Below, piece by piece: positions 56,921-64,000 of a DNA stretch of 64,000 nt; positions within the stretch are counted from its first letter, which is position 1; each line of letters opens with the position of its first letter. The translations under genes were made by a program, and so were the position numbers. Below the pieces are notes generated by a model. It saw nothing but the letters and a program-made list of their open reading frames with translations. It was not told the origin of the DNA and did not search any database. This DNA is from Candidatus Ozemobacteraceae bacterium (lineage in GTDB: Bacteria; Muiribacteriota; Ozemobacteria; Ozemobacterales; Ozemobacteraceae): contig OZ223236.1 in assembly GCA_965140445.1 (NCBI GenBank), positions 4,384,001 to 4,448,000 on the forward strand, read 5' to 3'.

Positions 56921-59111
56921 TAAAAAAAGAATAAACACCACACAAAAAACATTTGAGCGTTTAAACCGACTCTCAGATATTTCAATGGCTTTATCTTCAG
57001 GTCTGGAGTTGAAAGAACTTTTACAGACATTTTGCTCTAAAGTTAGAGATGCTTTAGGTGCAGATGAAGTTTATTTTATGCTCTTAGAAAGGCACAGCTT
57101 TGTTCTAGAACTTGAAGCCTCCAGTGGGAAAAATAGAAAAAGACCAAAAAAGATCCCTTGCCCTGATCGCAGAACAATCCTTAGCTCTGATGAAGAGTTT
57201 GGATTCCCACCATGCCCATTAGAAGGTGAAGCAATTATAGAAAATGAAAAATTAAAAGGCGAAGCCCTTTTGATGCAAACAGCATTTACTTCACGTCAAA
57301 GACTTATGTTTACTGAAAAAATGTCTGACAGTCTTTTCAAAGACTCTCCATTCAAATCAGCAATAATTATTCCTCTCACAACAAACACACAGGCAGTTGG
57401 ACTACTTTCAATTGCCAACATTACCAAAAAAGCTCCATTTAATGTTAACGACCTTGAAGAAGCCACAGTCTTTGCCAATCTGGCCGCCATGGCAATAGAA
57501 CACATAAAACTCGTTGAAGAACGAGAAAGCCGTATCCATGAAATGGAAAAGCTAAATGTTCTGGCAAAAAGATTCTCTTCCGTACAAACCCTGGAAGGCT
57601 TAATAGGTCTATCATTCGAATATCTCTCGCAACTAATTCCTCACGATCTTGGAGTTGTGTGTCTCTTTAAATCAGGAGAAGAAACTCGTTACTTTGTTTC
57701 CAGACTGCCCCTATCACCTGGGAGCCTTGAGAGATTAACTACCCACATAAATGACATCAGCATGAAAATCAAGGGAAAAAGTCCAACCATGATTCGCTGC
57801 CAACAGCTGTTTCTTCCAGGGCAAAAAACCATAAATATGGACAAAATGTTGAGAAGGAAAATGAATTCTTTTTTAACAGTTCCACTTACGGTTCAAGGCA
57901 AAACAATTGGCCTGATTAATCTATCTTCGACGCAGAAAAAAGCCTTTAACAGAGAGCACTTAAGAACTTTTACAACTCTTTCAAATCTTTTGGCAACTGC
58001 GATTGAAAATGTCAAAATCAGACTGTATCTGGAAAGACGAATAGATGAAATTTCTGTATTATTTGAAATTTCGCAGGCAATAACCTCTACGCTTGTTTTG
58101 GATGAAGTTCTTGATTCTATAGTTAACTTCTCCATGGAGATGATGAATGCCTTGCGTTGTGAGCTGCGCTTGCTTAATGATTCAAAAGAATTCCTTGAAG
58201 TTAGAGCCTCGCGCGGGTTGTCTAAATCATTCTTGTCTTCAACTGCCATAAAGGTTGGAGAGGGAATTATTGGCAACTGTTTTTCAGAAAGATTGCCTGT
58301 TTCAGTAATAGATGCAAGAAAAGATCCTAGAACAAAATACACACACATGGTTAAAAGGGAAAAGCTTGCAGGCCTTCTGGCTGTACCCATTATGCAGCGA
58401 GGCAAGCCAATCGGTGTTATTACAGTTTATACAAGCAAGCCGAGAGATTTTTCACAGGATGAGATTGATCTGCTTTCAACTTTTGCTTCGCAGGCGAGCA
58501 TTTCAATTGAAAATGCACAGCTTTATGCAGATATGAAAGACCAATACCTTTCTATGGTGAAAGCTCTTGCAGCAGCAATAGAAGCCAAAGATTCCTATAC
58601 TCACGGGCATAGCACGCAAGTCATGGAATATGCTGTTAAAGTAAGCAAAGAACTGGGCCTTAGCGAAGAAGAAATTGAAACAATCCGATATGCAGGCCTT
58701 CTACACGACATAGGAAAAATTGGCATAAAAGATGTCATTCTAACCAAGCAGGGAAAACTGACAGACGAAGAATTGGCAGAACTACACCGCCACCCCGAAT
58801 ACGGCGCAACAATTATGCAACAGGTAGATATACTTAAAGACATTGCTCCGTTAACCCTTTATCACCACGAAAGATACGATGGAAAAGGTTATCCTCTTGG
58901 GTTAAAAGGGGATCAAATCCCCATTGGCGCAAGAATTCTGGCGGTAGCTGACACTTATGATGCAATGATCGCTGACAGACCATATAGAAAAGCTTTTCCT
59001 TTTTCATACGTTGTATCTGAAATGAAAAAAGCGGCCGGAACTCAACTTGATCCTGAAATAGTTAGAATTTTCTTTGAAATAATAAAAAAAGAAGAGCAGG
59101 GAAAATCTTAA
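56913..59111 (+). CDS. Multi-GAF HD-GYP phosphodiesterase
   Basis: KDSYTHGHS, LLHDIGKIG, HHERYDGKGYP, VADTYDAM and RPYR motifs; three GAF-like repeats. Confidence 0.95.
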   Translation: MPDKKRINTTQKTFERLNRLSDISMALSSGLELKELLQTFCSKVRDALGADEVYFMLLERHSFVLELEASSGKNRKRPKKIPCPDRRTILSSDEEFGFPPCPLEGEAIIENEKLKGEALLMQTAFTSRQRLMFTEKMSDSLFKDSPFKSAIIIPLTTNTQAVGLLSIANITKKAPFNVNDLEEATVFANLAAMAIEHIKLVEERESRIHEMEKLNVLAKRFSSVQTLEGLIGLSFEYLSQLIPHDLGVVCLFKSGEETRYFVSRLPLSPGSLERLTTHINDISMKIKGKSPTMIRCQQLFLPGQKTINMDKMLRRKMNSFLTVPLTVQGKTIGLINLSSTQKKAFNREHLRTFTTLSNLLATAIENVKIRLYLERRIDEISVLFEISQAITSTLVLDEVLDSIVNFSMEMMNALRCELRLLNDSKEFLEVRASRGLSKSFLSSTAIKVGEGIIGNCFSERLPVSVIDARKDPRTKYTHMVKREKLAGLLAVPIMQRGKPIGVITVYTSKPRDFSQDEIDLLSTFASQASISIENAQLYADMKDQYLSMVKALAAAIEAKDSYTHGHSTQVMEYAVKVSKELGLSEEEIETIRYAGLLHDIGKIGIKDVILTKQGKLTDEELAELHRHPEYGATIMQQVDILKDIAPLTLYHHERYDGKGYPLGLKGDQIPIGARILAVADTYDAMIADRPYRKAFPFSYVVSEMKKAAGTQLDPEIVRIFFEIIKKEEQGKS

Positions 59112-59113
59112 AA

Positions 59114-61738
59114 TTGGTAACACAAGAATTAGAATTAATTGCTCTTCCGGATGATGCAACGCTTGATCTACTGGCTGCAGCCAGATGCATTGCATTAAAA
59201 AATCCATCCTCAATAATTCTTCACCCAAGAAGATTGGTGAATAATGCCTGGCAATTTGCACGAAAAGAAAAATGGTTCCAAACCGTTGCTCTAAGAGATA
59301 TCCAGTGGGAAAGTATTCGCAGAGTCCATTTGGTCGGAATTTATTTTCAGCGCCAGAGTCCGGAACTAATTGATCAACTGTTAAAACTGAGAATCCCACA
59401 AGTTTTGTATTCTCAAAAAGCTTCAAAATTGCCTTTTCATCCTCAGGAATCAAGAATTAAAACCCATAGCTTCACCAGTCAACTTTTATCAAATCTTATC
59501 AAAGCCGGATTCGAATTTGAATATAACGATGCAAAGCTTTTCCTGTCGGCAATTTATGAGAAAACCTGGGCCGGATTGGCAAGCAAATCAACCCAACTAG
59601 ACAAAGAAGTTCTAAGCCACTTGAATAAGTTTAACATTCCTGGTCGGGTAATCTCAAACTCCATTGTTTTAGGTTTACGTGAAGGACAATCAGGTGTTTA
59701 TTACGATCTATTAAAAAATACCGAAGAAATAACGGTTGGAAACAGACAATTAACATTAATCCTTCTTAAGTCACAAGGGTTAGTCCAGGATCTTGACCCT
59801 ATTATGGATTCTGTCTGGTCAGAAATAGCCCCTCACAATATCGTTATAGGAATTAAATCTGGTTCTGTAACTCAATTTTGGGCAAGAAGCGAGATCCCCG
59901 AAGTAGATTTTTTCGAAGTATTCAGATCATATAGACCTCGACGCCGCAAACGATGGATAACATTTAAACTGTCAATTTCTTCCAATTTAGAAGGCCTTAA
60001 AAGAGAGCTCTTAGAAGTTTTAAAAAACGGTCTGAAACCAGAGCTTTGTGCATCTGATATTATGTCTGTTTCTCCCATTTGTGTAGAAGAAAATATGACC
60101 GTTTCTGAAGCACTTTCAACCATGCTTAGATTTAACATAATGTCACTAGTGGTAGTAAAAGATGGAAAATTTTCAGGTCTTTTAACCAGGCGTGATCTTG
60201 ATCGAGCTATTCAAATGGATTTAATGCAAACCCCAATTCAACAATATCTCCCCAGTAGCCATCCTGCGATTTCACCTAACACACCAGTGCGCGCAATAAA
60301 AAACGTAATGGTAAGGTTTAATCTCTCTAAACTGGTTGTTGCTGAAAATGATTCGGTCCTTGGCATTATAACTTCCAGAGAGCTATTGCGATCCCTCCCG
60401 GATCATATGCCATTACCTGCTGAATATCTGCCGCTGACAAGATGCGAATCACTTCCAGATTCAAATATAATTGAGGAATCCGTAAAGAGAGTATTTTCAA
60501 TAAAAATTTTCCATTTACTAAAGCAAATAGGCAACTTCGCTGAACATTATGGCACCAAAGCATTTGCCGTTGGCGGTTTTGTCAGGGATCTGCTCTTAGA
60601 GAAGCAAAACCTTGATATAGACATTGTAGTTCTGGATGATGCAATTCCTTTTGCAAGAGCCATTAGCAAAGAGTTGAATTGTGAATACAAAATTTTTGAC
60701 CGCTTTCACACTGCAAGAATTTATCTGGAAGACCTGAAGCTGGATTTTAGCTCGGCCAGAATAGAGCACTACTCTGACCCGGGAGCTCTCCCCCAGATTG
60801 AATTTGCTGGATTATCTAGTGATTTATACAGAAGAGATTTCTCAATTAACGCATTAGCTTTGGATCTTTCTCCTGATAGATTTCTTCAGCTAAAAGATTT
60901 CTTTGGTGGACATGCTGATTTAAAAGAAAAGAAAGTTAGAACCCTGCATTCTTTTAGCTTCCTTGAAGACCCTACCAGACTTTTTAGAGCTCTAAGATTC
61001 GCCAACAGATTCCATTTTGATCTGGAAAAAGACACTCGTCGTTCCTTTGAACTGGCAATAAAAAAAGATGCTGTAAAAAAATTATCTTTGAAAAGAATTG
61101 GAGCGGAAATAAGCCGTTGCCTACAAGAAGATCAGCCACACAAATTAATTGAAGAATTGTTTAATTTTAATCTTTTACAGTATCTTCATCCAAAGCTCTC
61201 AGACACTTCTATTTTGCCTTCAAGATATCGCCTCATCCCTGGCTTTTTACGTAGGTTTGCGATTTTAGATGAAGAAATAGACAGAGAAACCATTCTCTGG
61301 ACAGGACTCCTGTCGTTGCTAAAAAAAGAAGAAATCAATGAGATTCTTGAAAAGATAGGAACCACAACAGAGCGAAAACGCAAAATCTTACAGTCAATAG
61401 ATGCCATGGAAATAGTTCCAGAGGACTTAAGCTCTATAAAAATTGATTCTCACTTTTCCATTTTTGAACTTCTTGAACCATTGTGTATGGAAGCACTGAT
61501 TGTTCTAATGGCATTTTCTCTCGATAAATGTAATACCAAAAAAGTCTTGTATTTTATTGGAAATTTAAGAAATTTAAAGTGTGAAATAAACGGGAAAGAT
61601 CTCATTGAAAAAGGAATCAAACCTGGTCCCATCATGAGAGTTATCTTTCACGAAATTCTAAAGAAGAAAATTCAAGGCCAACTCAGAAATAGAAAGGAAG
61701 AATTAGACTATGCCATCCGGCTCAGCAAGAATATATAA
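59114..61738 (+). CDS. CBS-domain tRNA nucleotidyltransferase (CCA/A-adding type) with degenerate DHH-like N-terminus
   Basis: CBS pair (ASDIMSVSP...GLLTRRD, GIITSRE); VGGFVRD..DID, ARIEHYSDPGALP, RRDFSINALA and SFLEDPTR motifs. Confidence 0.88.
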   Translation: MVTQELELIALPDDATLDLLAAARCIALKNPSSIILHPRRLVNNAWQFARKEKWFQTVALRDIQWESIRRVHLVGIYFQRQSPELIDQLLKLRIPQVLYSQKASKLPFHPQESRIKTHSFTSQLLSNLIKAGFEFEYNDAKLFLSAIYEKTWAGLASKSTQLDKEVLSHLNKFNIPGRVISNSIVLGLREGQSGVYYDLLKNTEEITVGNRQLTLILLKSQGLVQDLDPIMDSVWSEIAPHNIVIGIKSGSVTQFWARSEIPEVDFFEVFRSYRPRRRKRWITFKLSISSNLEGLKRELLEVLKNGLKPELCASDIMSVSPICVEENMTVSEALSTMLRFNIMSLVVVKDGKFSGLLTRRDLDRAIQMDLMQTPIQQYLPSSHPAISPNTPVRAIKNVMVRFNLSKLVVAENDSVLGIITSRELLRSLPDHMPLPAEYLPLTRCESLPDSNIIEESVKRVFSIKIFHLLKQIGNFAEHYGTKAFAVGGFVRDLLLEKQNLDIDIVVLDDAIPFARAISKELNCEYKIFDRFHTARIYLEDLKLDFSSARIEHYSDPGALPQIEFAGLSSDLYRRDFSINALALDLSPDRFLQLKDFFGGHADLKEKKVRTLHSFSFLEDPTRLFRALRFANRFHFDLEKDTRRSFELAIKKDAVKKLSLKRIGAEISRCLQEDQPHKLIEELFNFNLLQYLHPKLSDTSILPSRYRLIPGFLRRFAILDEEIDRETILWTGLLSLLKKEEINEILEKIGTTTERKRKILQSIDAMEIVPEDLSSIKIDSHFSIFELLEPLCMEALIVLMAFSLDKCNTKKVLYFIGNLRNLKCEINGKDLIEKGIKPGPIMRVIFHEILKKKIQGQLRNRKEELDYAIRLSKNI

Positions 61739-62543
61739 ATTTCGCCCACCAGGAGGAATGCCTCCAGACTCATTCAACCGCCTTCTTACCATAGGTGGCA
61801 TCATTGTTTTTCTATTTTTATTCAGCTTTATTTTGCAAAAGCCATCCAATCTAATGGAAAGCATGATCGGTTATTTAATGCTCATTCCGATTATTCTTAT
61901 TTCTTTAACCTTTCACGAGTATTGCCACGCTCTAATGGCAGATTTCCTGGGAGACCCCACTCCACGTAGAATGGGAAGACTCAGCTTGAATCCATTACGC
62001 CACCTTGATCCTATTGGCGCTATGATGCTATTCTTCACTCATTTTGGCTGGGCAAAACCTGTTCTGGTTGACCCTCGAAATTTCAGAATTCCCAAACGTG
62101 CAATGCTTTCTGTAGCATTGGCTGGGCCTGCTTCAAATCTCTTTTTAGCATCTGTGGGAGCCCTTTTGTTAAAGTTACTTGCTTTCTCAATGCCTTACAT
62201 TGCAGCTCACCCAATTTTTATTCTTCTGACATATAAAACCATACAGCTTTTTATTGTCATAAATTTAAGTCTGGCAATTTTTAATCTTTTACCGTTGCCC
62301 CCACTTGATGGTTCAAGAATAGTCTCTTTCTTTATGCCAGATAAGTATCGTCTTCAATATAGAAGCTTCGAAGAAGTGGCTCCCTTCATTCTATTAATAC
62401 TATTTATGGTTGGAGGTCTTGGGCCAATCCTGCATCCCCTTATTTCATTCGGTTATAGTTTTCTTCTTGGAGCGGTAGGAAATCCGCAAAGTTTGATCTC
62501 TTTGCAGCTTCTAAGCGCTACTGGCAGCGGAATGCAATTGTAA
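61710..62543 (+). CDS. Site-2 protease (peptidase M50, YwhC-like)
   Basis: HEYCH, GRLSLNP, FGWAKPV, ALAGPASN and FNLLPLPPLDG motifs. Confidence 0.93.
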   Translation: MPSGSARIYKFRPPGGMPPDSFNRLLTIGGIIVFLFLFSFILQKPSNLMESMIGYLMLIPIILISLTFHEYCHALMADFLGDPTPRRMGRLSLNPLRHLDPIGAMMLFFTHFGWAKPVLVDPRNFRIPKRAMLSVALAGPASNLFLASVGALLLKLLAFSMPYIAAHPIFILLTYKTIQLFIVINLSLAIFNLLPLPPLDGSRIVSFFMPDKYRLQYRSFEEVAPFILLILFMVGGLGPILHPLISFGYSFLLGAVGNPQSLISLQLLSATGSGMQL

Positions 62544-62550
62544 GTAAAAT

Positions 62551-62586
62551 AAAAAAGCCTCCCAGAAATTCTGGGAGGCTTTTTTT
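62551..62586. terminator. Bidirectional intrinsic terminator
   Basis: AAAAAAGCCTCCCAGA-aat-TCTGGGAGGCTTTTTTT between convergent genes. Confidence 0.9.
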
Positions 62587-62594
62587 ATGTAATT

Positions 62595-63119
62595 TTATGC
62601 TGCCGGGTTAGGATTTAGAGGGTCTGCAGCTGCAGGTCTCTGTGCTAATTCACGGTCAACCATGAACATTCCGCCAGGTGCTTTTCCAGTTAGATTAATC
62701 ATATCAATAACAGACTTTGCTGTGGCTTCTTCTTCAACTTGTTCACCAACAAACCAGTTCAAGAAATTCACTGTTGAATGGTCTTTAAGAGAAAGTCCTA
62801 AATCAACGAGATTATTTATGCAAGAAGTAATATGTCCCTCATGCTTAAGAGCTTCATTGAAAACCTGCAAAGCATCTTTCCATTTTTTGGGTGGAGCAGG
62901 CATAGCTTTGAATTCAACACGTCCGCCTCTTTCTCCAATGTAGTTCATAAATCTAACCGCATGTCCGAATTCTTCCATGCTCTGATTTCTCATCCAATGA
63001 GCCATACCCGGCAACCCTTCTGCATTAAAATATTCTGCCATTGCCATATAAAGGTAAAAAGAATACATTTCTTCAAATATCTGTTTATTAAGGGCTGTTT
63101 CCATTTTTTTTGCCAGCAT
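62595..63119 (-). CDS. ftn: Non-heme ferritin
   Basis: LNKQIFEEMYSFYLY, QSMEEFGHA, HE and WFVGEQVEEE ferroxidase residues; SD AAGGAG. Confidence 0.95.
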   Translation of the reverse strand: MLAKKMETALNKQIFEEMYSFYLYMAMAEYFNAEGLPGMAHWMRNQSMEEFGHAVRFMNYIGERGGRVEFKAMPAPPKKWKDALQVFNEALKHEGHITSCINNLVDLGLSLKDHSTVNFLNWFVGEQVEEEATAKSVIDMINLTGKAPGGMFMVDRELAQRPAAADPLNPNPAA

Positions 63120-63227
63120 TAATTTGTCTCCTTATTAAAATCATCTTGGTATAAACTACAGTTTTTTAGCCAATCCTTCAATAGAAAGATAAAACATTTT
63201 GGGCCTGTTATTCACAATGAGAAGAAG

Positions 63228-63698
63228 TTAATTCATATCATCAAAGATTTGAAAAACTTCCAATAAACGATCGGAATGATTTTTATCATGATGCCTTAAA
63301 ACCCTTCTCACAAGGACTTTTCCCATTCTTTTTTTATGAAGCAATTTTGCTCCTGCTATTGCGTGTGCATTACTGGAAATAGGCAAAAGAACCTTTGCTA
63401 TTTTAAAAAAAACTGTATCTCTTGTTATTCCTTTTCCAATGTCATGTAATAAGGCCATTTCAAGAAGCATTCCACGGTCTTTTTCGAGCACAGTTGAAGA
63501 TTCTTTAATAGCTTTGTAAACACGTAAGGTATGAGCTATTTCAGACCTTCTCAAAGCTTTAAAATCTGCGATTAGATTTTCTGGCAACTTTTTTAAAACT
63601 TCATTCAAGAGTTCCTGATCAATTTTGGGAAACAGCGTTTGCTTTAACTGCCAGCAGCGATAAGCAACTCGCTTAAGAAATCGCAAAATCGCTCTCAC
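63228..63698 (-). CDS. Small HD-domain metal-dependent phosphohydrolase
   Basis: HTLRV, LLHDIGK, HAIAGA, HH and terminal DD; GTGA coupling with rarA. Confidence 0.8.
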   Translation of the reverse strand: MRAILRFLKRVAYRCWQLKQTLFPKIDQELLNEVLKKLPENLIADFKALRRSEIAHTLRVYKAIKESSTVLEKDRGMLLEMALLHDIGKGITRDTVFFKIAKVLLPISSNAHAIAGAKLLHKKRMGKVLVRRVLRHHDKNHSDRLLEVFQIFDDMN

Positions 63699-64000
63699 TT
63701 CTTCTCACCAGAAAATCTTTCTGGCCATAAGGCCTTCATACGTTCACGGGTATTTTTTTCTTTACCATAAACTGTAGGCCTGAAAAAATGAGTTTCTTTA
63801 ACCCCTTCTGGAAAATAATTTTCTTTTACAAATCCGCCTTGAAAATCATGTGGGTATTTATATTCATTACCATAGCCAAGAGACTTCATGGTCTGTGTTG
63901 GAGCATTTCTCAAGTGAAGCGGAACCCCAGGTTCACCCCCCCCACGAATCTCTTTTACAACTCGTTTTTCGGCAAGATAAAGAGAATTACTTTTGGGAGC
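63695..64000 (-). CDS. rarA: Replication-associated recombination protein RarA/MgsA, 3' end only
   Basis: The frame reads APKSNSLYLA...VPLHLRNAPT.MKSLGYG..YKYPHDF, the MgsA C-terminal domain. Confidence 0.92.
   Translation of the reverse strand, partial: APKSNSLYLAEKRVVKEIRGGGEPGVPLHLRNAPTQTMKSLGYGNEYKYPHDFQGGFVKENYFPEGVKETHFFRPTVYGKEKNTRERMKALWPERFSGEKK

Overview
This is a gene-dense, low-GC bacterial chromosome segment, mostly housekeeping. I found no rRNA, tRNA, CRISPR array, prophage or IS. Gene order: dinB 5' fragment (-); creatininase and a small membrane protein; galT-like, DEAD helicase, htpG, CBM20-esterase, rhodanese; two DUF3857/transglutaminase genes, an O-antigen-ligase-like gene, a large TPR gene and a putative beta-barrel (+). 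A 29-kb minus-strand block follows, listed in transcription order: moxR-DUF58-tgpA-like-two class III nucleotide cyclases; rpmH-rnpA-yidD-yidC-jag-mnmE-mnmG'-HEAT protein-mnmG-rsmG; rpmF-plsX-fabK-fabG-acpP-FabX/NMO-like-fabF-spoVS-TPR. Then come M18 aminopeptidase, holA, rpsT, a GAF-rich PP2C/GGDEF/HD-GYP/CBS-nucleotidyltransferase/M50 operon, ferritin, an HD protein and the rarA 3' end. Firmicute-like genes (spoVS, jag, fabK) alongside a probable outer-membrane protein suggest a deep-branching diderm lineage (inference only). Three observations stand out. (1) Two coupled membrane cyclases have lost catalytic residues in a complementary C1/C2 pattern, which predicts an obligate heterodimer. 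(2) An unannotated ~215-nt structured RNA has a sigma54 promoter, GGA motifs and its own terminator, with a 17-bp inverted repeat pair around the promoter. (3) Two divergent full-length mnmG paralogues flank a HEAT/Pro-rich gene. All calls are by eye from motifs; no searches were run.
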